Notes under the pieces: model-generated
The model's database searches: none
What the model saw: the letters and a program-made list of their open reading frames with translations, nothing else
What the model was told of the DNA's origin: nothing
Translations under genes and position numbers: made by a program
Virus record (IMG/VR): IMGVR_UViG_3300006947_000003
Span: 58,451 to 122,450 of that record
Source of the DNA: a virus
DNA length: 64,000 nt
Reading direction: 5' to 3' (one strand)
Part shown: in pieces, positions 39,901-48,926 of the stretch
Layout: each line of letters begins with the position of its first letter
Position numbering within the stretch: position 1 is the first letter of the stretch

Positions 39901-41965
39901 TTCTTCAAGTTTCACAGTAGCTCATGCTAGTGGTAACACAGCAGTTGGTGGTACGTTAGACGTAACAGGTAAACTTACAGCAAGTGCGGCTTTTGAAGCC
40001 GACGGCGAGGCTACATTAGCTTCTGCTGTAATTGAAGACTTAACAAGTGGACGTGTTGTAACAGCAGGTACAAGTGGTGCTATCGAAGATAGTGCTAACT
40101 TAACATTTGATGGTACTACACTAACTACTACGGCATTAGATGTTGATAACATTGGAATTGATGGTAATACAATTACTGGACAATCTGGAAAACTTATAAT
40201 TGAAGCTCCAGCTGGACAAGAAATTGTGTTTAACGAATCATCAGCTGATGTTGACGTAAGAATCGAATCGGACAATGATGCTAACGCATTCTTTGTACAA
40301 GGTTCAAGCGGTAATATAGGAATGGGAACGGCTTCGCCGACTACCGACGCTACATTACATATCTCTGCTACTGACTCTATGATTATACCAGTTGGAACAA
40401 CGGCACAACGTCCGAGTTCTGCAGTTGCTGGTATGTATAGATTCAATACTACAATTGGTGCTCAAGAAATCTACACTGGTTCTGAATGGAACGCTGGAGC
40501 TGACTTTACGGTCATGACAGCAGACGCATTTAACGGTGATGGATCTGATACTACGTTTACATTAAGTTCAGCTGGAACTACATCGACTACATTAGTAGCA
40601 ATAAACGGTGTGGTACAAATTCCAACTACAGCTTATGCGACAAGTGGAACTACATTAACATTTACAGAAGCTCCGGCTTCCGGCGATGTTATTGATGCTA
40701 GAGTACTAACTACTACAAGTACAATTACTGCTATGCAAGACACTGATGCTGACACAAGCATTAATGTTGAAACTACTGCTGACGCTGACGAAATTCAGTT
40801 TACAGTGGCAGGTACTGCAATTGGTAAATTTACTGCGGCTGGCCTTATACCAAACGTTAACTCCAACGGAACAACAGGTTTTGATTTAGGCGCCTCAAAC
40901 GCCCAATGGAAAGATTTGTATGTATCCTCTGGATCATTATACGTTAATGGTAAGCAAGTACTACAAGATGATAGTGGTACAATTACTATGGGTACTGATG
41001 CTAACCAAAACCTAAGTGTAAACGGTGGTTCTGGGTCTGGTTTATTACAGATGTCAGCAGGTGCTGGAATACAAATACTTAAAACAGCTGAACTAGGAAG
41101 TGGTGTAACATTAACTGCTCACTCAGATCAGAATGCTACAGGTATTTTACTTCCAGATGGTTCTAAGTCAGGAAACGTAACAACAACTGGTAACTTAATC
41201 AGTAATGGTGTTACAGACCAAAACTTAGTACTACAGTCAAATGGTTCAGGTGTTGTTCAGTTAAATGACGATGCTACATGTACAGGAAACATGATTGTTT
41301 CTGGAAACTTAACTGTAAGCGGTGGAACAACTACTGTTAGTTCAACAACAGTATCTGTTGCTGATCCATTACAGATTTGGGCTTCTGGACAAACAGGTAC
41401 TCCTGCTATTGATAGTGGTTGGGTTGTAGAACGTGGTTCAAGTGCTAATACGGCAATGATTTGGGACGAAAGTGCTGATGAATTTGCGGCTATTAATACT
41501 TCAGAAGACGGTACTACATCTGGTAACGTAACAGTTAGCTCATACGCTAATATGCACGTTGCTACACTAACAGGTACTGCTACATCGGCACAATATGCTG
41601 ACTTGGCAGAGATGTATTCAGCAGATGCAGAATACGCTCCTGGAACAGTTGTACACTTTGGTGGAGACCAGGAAGTATCAGAATGTGATACAGATGGTTG
41701 TAAATCAGTAGCTGGCGTTGTAACATCTAACCCTGCTTACTTAATGAATAACGGTCTTGAAGCGGAGCACAAATGTGCTGTAGCTTTAGTTGGTAGAGTA
41801 CCTTGTAAAGTACAAGGATCTGTCAAGAAGGGCGATATGATGGTAAGTGCTGGAAATGGTGCGGCGAGATCTGAAGATGATCCTAAGATGGGCCAAGTAA
41901 TTGGTAAAGCATTAGAAGATCACGAAGGTGAAGGTACTATTGAAGTTGTTGTAGGCAGAATGTAA
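36977..41965 (+). CDS. Long tail fibre with C-terminal chaperone-like domain (YADLAE type)
   Basis: About 1660 aa; DAATKAYVD and GAVIIDGGLG repeats; C-terminal YADLAEMY..GVVTSNPAYLMN..VALVGRVPCKV..IGKALE. TATAAATA at 36923-36930 and AAGGAG RBS. Confidence 0.8.
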   Translation: MAVTRIKTNQITDLAVTEGKIANNAITAGKLANSITYGSNLTISGNLTVSGTTTTVNSTNTTVADPLMVLSSGATGSASVDTGLITERGDDTNVFIGWDESADQFVVGSTSETGSTAGNVTISAYSALQAGSLIVDNTTLDANGITTSSGDFTLNPAGNIAAGSNRITGVTDPSSAQDAATKAYVDSQLGSATRLVEGNTTVTVSDSGTGSVTMELDSTSVFTATASDVTLASAKITDLTDNRVLIAGGSGAVEDDANLHFDGTTFAVGDGSEFAVVAATGNTTVGGTLDVTGATNFNNTTASSSATTGAVIIDGGLGVAEDVYAGGQIVTTGALDIGGNFTASAAGVVVVGSTLDVTGVTNFNATTTATSNTTGAVIIDGGLGLTENLHMGGLADIDGALTVAGATTLNGAVTLGDATGDAITITGTIGSDILMSQSGGSKPKLTLLNTNADGEGGNLSFQKQSGSEADGDALGSITWTGYDDGDADTQFAEISGKSIDVTDGTEDGAIVLNAMVAGTSTDVLIVGATAAGALQIRAHSSYSPSDNLDLATKIYADNAVSAAGDTISKLNSSVVVTDTGADGKITFTNDGVEVGSFDSAVFTAADLSITGSTIASSGADVTVGDNLIVTGNLTINGTTSTTNSTTVTIDDPIFTLGGDSAPGSDDGKDRGIEFQYYDGSAKVGFFGYDNSADAFVYLTGVTNSSEVMSGTAGNIVVGSVTSSALTSGRVVLAGTSGLLEDGAGLTYDGTNLTTTGEYIGATLNISGVGDIAGDFSVATNKMTVNATSGNTLIAGTTNSTGVITASATTTSTSNTSGSIVTLGGLGVGENLHMGGLLDVDGAATVGGTLTASAATALNGAVTVAGSQVVSMGANRVRNVADPSSAQDAATKAYVDSQDSTRLVEGNTTATVSDSGTGNFTVEVDSTTALVAAASGVTMNSATVSDLTNNRITIAGASGALEDDANLTFDGTTFSVSSSFTVAHASGNTAVGGTLDVTGKLTASAAFEADGEATLASAVIEDLTSGRVVTAGTSGAIEDSANLTFDGTTLTTTALDVDNIGIDGNTITGQSGKLIIEAPAGQEIVFNESSADVDVRIESDNDANAFFVQGSSGNIGMGTASPTTDATLHISATDSMIIPVGTTAQRPSSAVAGMYRFNTTIGAQEIYTGSEWNAGADFTVMTADAFNGDGSDTTFTLSSAGTTSTTLVAINGVVQIPTTAYATSGTTLTFTEAPASGDVIDARVLTTTSTITAMQDTDADTSINVETTADADEIQFTVAGTAIGKFTAAGLIPNVNSNGTTGFDLGASNAQWKDLYVSSGSLYVNGKQVLQDDSGTITMGTDANQNLSVNGGSGSGLLQMSAGAGIQILKTAELGSGVTLTAHSDQNATGILLPDGSKSGNVTTTGNLISNGVTDQNLVLQSNGSGVVQLNDDATCTGNMIVSGNLTVSGGTTTVSSTTVSVADPLQIWASGQTGTPAIDSGWVVERGSSANTAMIWDESADEFAAINTSEDGTTSGNVTVSSYANMHVATLTGTATSAQYADLAEMYSADAEYAPGTVVHFGGDQEVSECDTDGCKSVAGVVTSNPAYLMNNGLEAEHKCAVALVGRVPCKVQGSVKKGDMMVSAGNGAARSEDDPKMGQVIGKALEDHEGEGTIEVVVGRM

Positions 41966-41990
41966 GAAGCTAACAAAAACTAAGATATCT

Positions 41991-42019
41991 AAAGGGCGGC
42001 TTTATGTCGCCCTTTTTTT
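41991..42019 (+). terminator. Rho-independent terminator
   Basis: AAAGGGCGGC-TTTAT-GTCGCCCTTT followed by T run. Confidence 0.85.
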
Positions 42020-42063
42020 ACCAATAAACACTACAGCAGATAGATTGGATAATAAGTAATGTT

Positions 42064-42828
42064 ATGCTAGGAAAAAACAGTGACCAGTACGATGGTGAAT
42101 TTTTTATTACATCAATAAAGTACGAAAATAATCAACGTAAAGAAACAAGAGAATGGATACCACGAACGGTATACAACGATACCCATATGGGTTATGCTGT
42201 TGTTATCGGCAACGGTGAAACTAGAAACGGGTTTAATATAAATTTATTATCTGGCCACAGAGGTGGTGTATTGGGGTCAAAAGCAATTCAGACTTACGGC
42301 TGTAATGCTTTGTCTAGGGAGTTTCAATGCGATTTTTTAGTTGCTACTGGTAGGGATCTTACAGAAGAATTAGCCAATAGTACTGAATATTCAGACAAAC
42401 CGTATTCTAAAGAACGTATTGTGTATTCTACCGCCCCTAATTGTTTAGCACACCCGGGTAAATTTCACTTAGTGCCTTACAATGTACAAATGAATGCCGG
42501 CGCAATGGCTCTTTATCTAGCGGCATTTGACAAGCATAAGAATATCTATATGTTAGGTTTTGAAGGACAGCATGCCGGTGAGGGATATAATAGTAATATA
42601 TATTCAGGCTCCCCAGGATATCAACCTCAAAAGCATTCAATATCAAGTGTTAAATGGGAAGCAAATATGTGTCAAATATTTGGAGCATATCCTGATATCT
42701 CATTTACTATAGTTGATAATAACCAAAATGGCTATCCTGATGATTATAAGTGGTATAAAAATGTAAGGTATATACCGTACAGGGAGTTTGTACAGGAATT
42801 AGATATAGGCTCTTTTAAACACAGTTGA
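42064..42828 (+). CDS. Putative glycosyltransferase-like protein, paralogue of 29994-30647
   Basis: AVVIGNGETR, YGCNALSR..DFLVAT, NAGAMAL, IYMLGFE. Confidence 0.5.
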   Translation: MLGKNSDQYDGEFFITSIKYENNQRKETREWIPRTVYNDTHMGYAVVIGNGETRNGFNINLLSGHRGGVLGSKAIQTYGCNALSREFQCDFLVATGRDLTEELANSTEYSDKPYSKERIVYSTAPNCLAHPGKFHLVPYNVQMNAGAMALYLAAFDKHKNIYMLGFEGQHAGEGYNSNIYSGSPGYQPQKHSISSVKWEANMCQIFGAYPDISFTIVDNNQNGYPDDYKWYKNVRYIPYREFVQELDIGSFKHS

Positions 42829-43323
42829 GGTATAAGAAACTCTGTACTGACTTATTAGTGTTTTTAATTTTTCATTAATAGCATCAATATTAAGAGTATT
42901 ATACAATCCAGGATGAAGCGGTTTTGGAAAATGATCTACATCTACCCAAGCATATCCTACGTGTTCGTGATTTAACTCTGGTATAAATTCATCTTCAATA
43001 ATATTAACAAATGTCTCGTACACAAAGTTATTTTTCTTGTGTGTAAATTTTTCTATAGGGATAGTTTTAACAATGTCGGGCAACGATCCTAGTTCTTCTT
43101 CAACTTCTCTACACATTGCTTGATAAACAGTCTCATCAACCTCGACTTTACCGCCAACTAGTGCCCAGGTAAATTTATATGTTTTAGTATTTCTTAAAAC
43201 AAATAGAAAGCGATTTGTTTTACGAGCCCAAAATAAGCAACCAACACTATTTAAAGTACCAGTCGCCATCTTCCCGCTTCGTATTCTCCTTCGTAACTTT
43301 TTATCCATTTTGATCCGTCCCAT
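42799..43323 (-). CDS. NUDIX hydrolase (real start probably near 43269)
   Basis: WALVGGKVEVDETVYQAMCREVEEELG Nudix box; PELNHEH..YAW..LHPG. Confidence 0.85.
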   Translation of the reverse strand: MGRIKMDKKLRRRIRSGKMATGTLNSVGCLFWARKTNRFLFVLRNTKTYKFTWALVGGKVEVDETVYQAMCREVEEELGSLPDIVKTIPIEKFTHKKNNFVYETFVNIIEDEFIPELNHEHVGYAWVDVDHFPKPLHPGLYNTLNIDAINEKLKTLISQYRVSYTSTVFKRAYI

Positions 43324-44669
43324 TTATATTGAATTCCGGTTATTGTGTTAGTTAGGTAATCAGTACTAGCACTCTTAGTAGAAGCATCGTATACTACTTG
43401 CCAGATATTGTCCTTGTATTGTATTATATCGTTCGCTGTGGCTATCAAATCTTCGTTACTAGCACCCTTCCAAGCATCAGCGCCATCTGTGTTGCTTGCC
43501 GCACCGATATCTGTTATAATTAGGTATCGTTGTCCGTCAGCAGAGGCAACTAACCCCGACCCAGGTCCTTTTTTGCTAGGGTCTACGATAGCATTAATAG
43601 GACCTAATGTGTTTGTAGGAATAGTGTCAGTGTCGACAGTAAACAGCAATGTATCTGGGTTTGTTGGGTGTAATGCTACTGTACCGACTATTTCTGGGCT
43701 ATCAGGTTCTGCTGTAATCGATATTCTTAATTGACTAGTTCCGTTTGCGAGAGTAGCCTTACCTGCCGTTGTTAGTTTGCCCCAGTTGTTAATGACAGAG
43801 GTCCAATCAGGTCTCGCTCCACTAGTGCTTTTACTTACAACAGTCGACGTGCCTGTATTAACAGCATCAGCTGAGTCTGTTAATTGTGCTTGGCCGTTCA
43901 ACAATATAATACCGTATTGATGAGGTGTAATAGAAATCCTATCACCGTATATAAGACCCATATCTAATTCTTTAAGAGAACCAGAGTTGTCGTGTATGCC
44001 ACTAACAATGCTTCTAATAACTCCTAATTTTTTAACTTTAGCAGGCAAACTTAGCCATATAGGCATACTAAATTGTAATGTAGCAATATCTATCTGATCA
44101 TCTGTGCCTGATGGTATGCTTCTGCTAGTAAATGTTTGACCAGTTAACTCGACATAACTTAAACTAGTCCAATCTATATAATTATCGGTGCTTTGTATTT
44201 CTAAATCAGGATTAAATAGTGTTAAAATTTGTTCTAGTAACTGTAATTTTTGTTCAGTGTTTGTTGTCCATATGTCAACGTTCATATTTAATCTGTACGG
44301 AGTAGGCATGTGTCGTTCAACTGTATATGCTTCTCCTTGTTGTTGGGTATATTCGCCAGTGTTTTGGTCTACTGCCCTTGTTCTGACATTTATTTTATCA
44401 ATGTGACTAGGTTGTTGCATTCTGTCTCGATCGTATTGTAGATCGCTAATATAAACAGTCATAAGAGGTGCTGTCGGAATACCGTTTTCACTATTATGTT
44501 TCATAATAGCGGCAGCCTGCCTACTAGAGTCACCGTATCTTACGGGAACTTGGTATAATGTTATCGTACCGTCTCTACCTTTACCAAATTCTACTTGGTA
44601 ATGTGAAAACATTCTAACAAATTGTAGAATAAATCGGCGAATCTGTTGATCGTAAAAAAAAGTTTTCAT
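43251..44669 (-). CDS. gp15: Tail sheath stabiliser/completion protein with C-terminal extension
   Basis: FFYDQQIRRFILQFVRMFS, VPVRYG, MPTPYRL, QKLQLLEQILTLFNP. Confidence 0.8.
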   Translation of the reverse strand: MKTFFYDQQIRRFILQFVRMFSHYQVEFGKGRDGTITLYQVPVRYGDSSRQAAAIMKHNSENGIPTAPLMTVYISDLQYDRDRMQQPSHIDKINVRTRAVDQNTGEYTQQQGEAYTVERHMPTPYRLNMNVDIWTTNTEQKLQLLEQILTLFNPDLEIQSTDNYIDWTSLSYVELTGQTFTSRSIPSGTDDQIDIATLQFSMPIWLSLPAKVKKLGVIRSIVSGIHDNSGSLKELDMGLIYGDRISITPHQYGIILLNGQAQLTDSADAVNTGTSTVVSKSTSGARPDWTSVINNWGKLTTAGKATLANGTSQLRISITAEPDSPEIVGTVALHPTNPDTLLFTVDTDTIPTNTLGPINAIVDPSKKGPGSGLVASADGQRYLIITDIGAASNTDGADAWKGASNEDLIATANDIIQYKDNIWQVVYDASTKSASTDYLTNTITGIQYKWDGSKWIKSYEGEYEAGRWRLVL

Positions 44670-45817
44670 TATTCGTCTGCCTTAGGTTCTAGTGCTTTAC
44701 TTAATCCGGTTTTACCTGATTTTTCTACACCTTTATTGTTTATATATGTTGATGTATTATTAACAAACGTATCTTGTTGTGTAGTTCCGACACCATCTAG
44801 TGTTGTTCGAATAGCATCTTCTACTTTAATCCAACGGCTACCGCTATATCTAAATAATCTGTTAGGCATATAGTCAAGTCTTAACACATATTCACCATCT
44901 AATGGACTTGTAGGGAATTGTATTCCTGGTGTTACACGAAATCCGTTTGGCGCTAATCCATCACCGGTCATATAACCGTTTATGTTGCCTTGCGGTGTAA
45001 TTGCTGTTTCATCTGTTTTTACTGTAGACGAACTTGCTTTAGCTTTTGTAGTATCTGCTGTTTTACTTGTAGCAAGTGCTAAACTACCGTCTGTGTTAGT
45101 AGGCACAACATAAAACTTTTCTGTATCGTATCCTGATTTAGGAACTTCAACGTTAGCCTGTGTTACAATAGCAGTATTGATTTCTAATTCTTTCTTATAC
45201 GTAGATAATAAACTCTTTAAACTACTAGAATCATCATTTGTTCCTAGTATATCTTTGTATTCTTGACTATCAACTAATGGAGTACATTTAACTCTCCATA
45301 AGTGTGGATACCAAGTAGGACTAAAACCCTCAGCCGCTCTAGAACCGTCTTGTACAACGTAAAAACGTTTTAATGCCGCAGGCAGATCTGAGTCTAACGG
45401 ATAAAAATCTTGTAAGTGTGGCAACTCTAATACATCGCCACTCATTAATTTTCTACCTATCAAGTCCATCATGTCAGTTAAGTGGAAGTTTATAAAAAGA
45501 GTATCGTTTGCTAAAAATAAACCAAATTGTGTTAAGTCAAAATCAATATCTTGTACATTGTACAGACCTCTCATTTGATATATTGATTGATCATACTTCC
45601 TATCTCTATTTTCTAAGAATAGTAAGTCTTGTATACGATTTTCTGTAATAGTATCATACTTTGGTTGGGTAGCATCACCTGCCGCTTGTTCAAATGTACC
45701 TAAGTATTTGTGTATGTTAACACCGGTTCCACCGATAGTAAACATTTCACGTATTCGGTTGTCGTGGAAACTATAATCAAACGTTTTGTTTTCTTTCCAC
45801 ATTGAGATTCTTGGCAT
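44669..45817 (-). CDS. gp14: Neck protein (gp14-like)
   Basis: DLLFLENRDRKYD, DFDLTQFGLFL, GDVLELPHL; lies upstream of gp15. Confidence 0.7.
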   Translation of the reverse strand: MPRISMWKENKTFDYSFHDNRIREMFTIGGTGVNIHKYLGTFEQAAGDATQPKYDTITENRIQDLLFLENRDRKYDQSIYQMRGLYNVQDIDFDLTQFGLFLANDTLFINFHLTDMMDLIGRKLMSGDVLELPHLQDFYPLDSDLPAALKRFYVVQDGSRAAEGFSPTWYPHLWRVKCTPLVDSQEYKDILGTNDDSSSLKSLLSTYKKELEINTAIVTQANVEVPKSGYDTEKFYVVPTNTDGSLALATSKTADTTKAKASSSTVKTDETAITPQGNINGYMTGDGLAPNGFRVTPGIQFPTSPLDGEYVLRLDYMPNRLFRYSGSRWIKVEDAIRTTLDGVGTTQQDTFVNNTSTYINNKGVEKSGKTGLSKALEPKADE

Positions 45818-45853
45818 ATTTTTTTCCTATCCTGTAGTAACATTATTTATCGG

Positions 45854-45881
45854 TTGACAAATTTCCTAATGATGTTATAGT
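45854..45881 (+). promoter_or_regulatory. Sigma70-type promoter (extended -10)
   Basis: TTGACA-16 nt-TATAGT with TG before the -10; back-to-back with a minus-strand GATAAATA (45844-45851). Confidence 0.55.
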
Positions 45882-45962
45882 ATGTGTAAATAGTAAAAGA
45901 TTACACATTATTGCCCTATTTTTTAATAACCTGACTATATAAACATTAAACAGGAGAACAAC

Positions 45963-47225
45963 TTGGCTAAACGTAAGAAAACAGCTCAAAGAGTAACAGC
46001 GGCAGATAAGCTGTTAGAACCATCATGGGATGGCTGGGAAGAAATGTCCGGCAAGGAGTTCCATACCTTTAAGCAAGGAGCCAGTGCTTGGTATTATCAT
46101 ACATTTAAACCAGATGAACTAGCTAAACATACATTTGAATGGATGAAGGCAAATGGTTATAGCACAGAAGATATAAAATGTGCCAAAGAAACACCTAGTT
46201 ATGTTATAGGTACAACAGCACATATAACTTGTCGTATGTTAACAATTGGAATGCCTGACTTTAATGCTAAAGAAGATGAATATTGGCAAACTCTATCCGG
46301 CACTATGGGAAATATTAATCCTTCAATTGTTTGGATTAAAGTTCAAATAGCAAAAGGCATAGAAAAAGGTAAAACTCTTGTAGAAGAAAAAGCAAAACAA
46401 GAAAAATCAAAGATTAATGTTTATCAGCCCACAATACAAGAAAGACTATATCAAGCGGCTATTAATATGACAGTAGAAATTGACGATGTCATGGAAGCAG
46501 GCGCCGGCATTATAGATTTAACAGAGTTTAAACCTTTAAATTGGTTAAAAGTACATGAGTGTAAAGGCAACCATGCTAAAATTATTAAAACTTTTTACGA
46601 ACCAGGCTTTAACGAATTACACGAATTACTTAATCCTCCTACTCGTAAGCAACGAGATCAACTAACAGAACAAGAGCAAGACTGGAGAAGTCAATTAGAG
46701 GAATGTTTTAGTGCCTTTACTAAAGCAGAAATAAAAAGTAGGTATGATGCTTATAAATTAATTGTAGATGCTTGTGACATGATGCTTGATACTGCTAAAC
46801 TTACTAGAAAATCTCGTAAAGTAAAACCTAAGAGTGCTGAAAAATTAATAACAAAACTAAAATATAAAGCGTCTGATGAAAAAACTGCTCTTGTAAGTAT
46901 TAATCCTGTTAACATTATTAAGGCTAACGAGCTTTGGGTATATAACACAAAAACAAGAAAGTTAGGATATTACGTTACGACATCGAAAGATCCTCTTAAA
47001 CAGCAACGTGTTGGTACTGGATTAGAGGTTAAAGGAACAACATTAATACGTTTTTCTGAGATAGAAAGTGTACAGAAGACCCTTCGTAAGCCAATAGAGC
47101 AAATGGCTGAATTTAAGAAACTTGGTAAAATACAACGCAAAAAATTCTTTGAGTCACTTAATGTTACTGAGACTAAACTAAACGGTCGTATAAACCTCGA
47201 TACAATCCTTTTGCTAACGAGCTAA
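45963..47225 (+). CDS. Conserved hypothetical T4-like phage protein
   Basis: TTG start after AGGAG; ELWVYNTKTRKLG..VKGTTL..SVQKTLRKP..LNGRIN motifs. Confidence 0.6.
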   Translation: MAKRKKTAQRVTAADKLLEPSWDGWEEMSGKEFHTFKQGASAWYYHTFKPDELAKHTFEWMKANGYSTEDIKCAKETPSYVIGTTAHITCRMLTIGMPDFNAKEDEYWQTLSGTMGNINPSIVWIKVQIAKGIEKGKTLVEEKAKQEKSKINVYQPTIQERLYQAAINMTVEIDDVMEAGAGIIDLTEFKPLNWLKVHECKGNHAKIIKTFYEPGFNELHELLNPPTRKQRDQLTEQEQDWRSQLEECFSAFTKAEIKSRYDAYKLIVDACDMMLDTAKLTRKSRKVKPKSAEKLITKLKYKASDEKTALVSINPVNIIKANELWVYNTKTRKLGYYVTTSKDPLKQQRVGTGLEVKGTTLIRFSEIESVQKTLRKPIEQMAEFKKLGKIQRKKFFESLNVTETKLNGRINLDTILLLTS

Positions 47226-47252
47226 ATACTACTATTAAAGTAGGAATCCAAA

Positions 47253-48014
47253 ATGGCAAACACAGAACTCCAGACTGAAAAGCAATCTCTCATTGATTAT
47301 GTTCGATTTAGCTTAGGTGATGGCATGGTGGATGTGGAATTAGATCCACAACACTATGATATAGCTTTTAAAAAGGCAACCTCAGTATATCGTCAACGTA
47401 GTTCTAATGGCGTAGAAGAGAGTTACGGCTTTTTAGAGCTAGTAAAGGAAACACAAGAATATACACTACCTAGCATTGTAACTGAAGTTAGGCAAGTGTT
47501 TCGTAGAACTATTGGATCAAGTGACGGCGACGGTGCTAACAGCTTTGAACCATTTGAAGCAGGATACGTTAACACGTATTTGATGCAAGCGGGACGAGTA
47601 GGCGGTTTAGCAACGTATGAAATGTTTAGTCAATACCAAGAACTAACTGCTAGAATGTTTGGCGGCCATATTAACTTTACATTTAATCCAGTATCTAAAA
47701 AACTTACAATAGTTAGGAAAGTAAATGGAACAGGTGAATCTGTTTTACTTTGGCTTTATAACTTTAAACCAGATTTAACACTTTTAAAGGATCATAGAAG
47801 CCAACCTTGGATATATGATTATACAAAAGCACAATGTAAGTATATGTTAGGTGAAGCTAGAAGCAAATTTGCCACTATTGCAGGACCGCAAGGCGGCACC
47901 ACTATGAACGGCGACCAATTAAAACAAGAGGCTATGGCAGAGCTTGACAAGTTAGAGCAAGATCTACTTAACTATGTTGAAGGCGGTTTACCGTTAAGTT
48001 TCGTTATAGGATAA
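47253..48014 (+). CDS. gp13: Neck protein
   Basis: LGDGMVDVELD, KYMLGEARSKF..IAGPQGGTTMNG, LPLSFVIG. Confidence 0.85.
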   Translation: MANTELQTEKQSLIDYVRFSLGDGMVDVELDPQHYDIAFKKATSVYRQRSSNGVEESYGFLELVKETQEYTLPSIVTEVRQVFRRTIGSSDGDGANSFEPFEAGYVNTYLMQAGRVGGLATYEMFSQYQELTARMFGGHINFTFNPVSKKLTIVRKVNGTGESVLLWLYNFKPDLTLLKDHRSQPWIYDYTKAQCKYMLGEARSKFATIAGPQGGTTMNGDQLKQEAMAELDKLEQDLLNYVEGGLPLSFVIG

Positions 48015-48020
48015 TTTCAA

Positions 48021-48176
48021 ATCCAAACATCAAAAGAAACAATTTGGCATTTTACTTGTAAACGCTGTAATGGGTTTTGGTCTATTGCTACTATGGACGA
48101 GTGGATCCCCAAAAAATTATTTTGTCCACATTGCGGTAAAGAGTGTAAAAACGATAAAGATGTAACGTATGTTTAA
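48021..48176 (+). CDS. Small zinc-ribbon protein with no canonical start codon
   Basis: IQTSKETIWHFTCKRCNGFWSIATMDEWIPKKLFCPHCGKECK..; two CxxC pairs; same frame as gp13, just after its TAA. Confidence 0.45.
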   Translation: MQTSKETIWHFTCKRCNGFWSIATMDEWIPKKLFCPHCGKECKNDKDVTYV

Positions 48177-48865
48177 AATACGTTATAAAACTTTTCTAAA
48201 ATATCAGCTGGTATAAGATTATTTTTATAAGCATCTTGCTTATGTAGTGCTTCTATATTTTTCTTTGCCCAATCTTTATAGTTAATTGAGTTGCCATCTT
48301 CTCTATCTATGTTAAAACTGCTATTAGGGAAATATTTACGATAGTATTCTCTATATGATTTAATACTGTTAACAGACCCATTAAAATAATAATCAAATCC
48401 TACGGTAGCACCCTCAGTCCAAAACTCGTCGAGCTTCTGAATTTTAAATGCTGAACATAGACCCCAATGAGTTAACCAATTATCATTATCCCAGTCGATC
48501 CATCGCCAATGGTCTTCCCATAATCCAAAATGCCAATGAGCACATAGCCAAGCATCGTATAGTTCAGTACCCCAATGTGTAAAATCGTTGTGAACTTCTA
48601 TTCCGTTGCTGTGTAAATACTCAACTGCTTCTTTCTGTGTTTTAAAAGTTAACCGTTGTTCAACTGTAAAGTCAGTTGGTAATGGCTGTATTTTTTTCGC
48701 TTCATTTTTTAAAAAATGATCTGCAGGAATCCAATGAAGCACCCACCTATTATTCTCATCAACTAAATGGGCAACAGCTGGTGATTTCATAGAAGCAATA
48801 TATTCACCACCCATACCTGCCTGGTATGTGAGTACTGTTTGGGTTTTTTTAATAAATTCGTCCAT
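48173..48865 (-). CDS. Hypothetical Trp-rich protein with a Gly-rich loop (possibly sulfotransferase-like)
   Basis: TYQAGMGGEYI near the N-terminus; antisense insertion with its own TTAAATA box. Confidence 0.4.
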   Translation of the reverse strand: MDEFIKKTQTVLTYQAGMGGEYIASMKSPAVAHLVDENNRWVLHWIPADHFLKNEAKKIQPLPTDFTVEQRLTFKTQKEAVEYLHSNGIEVHNDFTHWGTELYDAWLCAHWHFGLWEDHWRWIDWDNDNWLTHWGLCSAFKIQKLDEFWTEGATVGFDYYFNGSVNSIKSYREYYRKYFPNSSFNIDREDGNSINYKDWAKKNIEALHKQDAYKNNLIPADILEKFYNVF

Positions 48866-48890
48866 ACTGCTATTTAATCGAATAAACTAC

Positions 48891-48920
48891 TTGACAACAG
48901 CCTACTGACTATAGTATAAT
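48891..48920 (+). promoter_or_regulatory. Sigma70-type promoter
   Basis: TTGACA-18 nt-TATAAT immediately before ATG 48927. Confidence 0.7.
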
Positions 48921-48926
48921 AGTAGT

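Noticed and set aside
37490-39970. Invertible or DGR-type fibre variation
   Set aside because: The repeats are direct, diverged mostly at synonymous sites, and no recombinase or reverse transcriptase is nearby.
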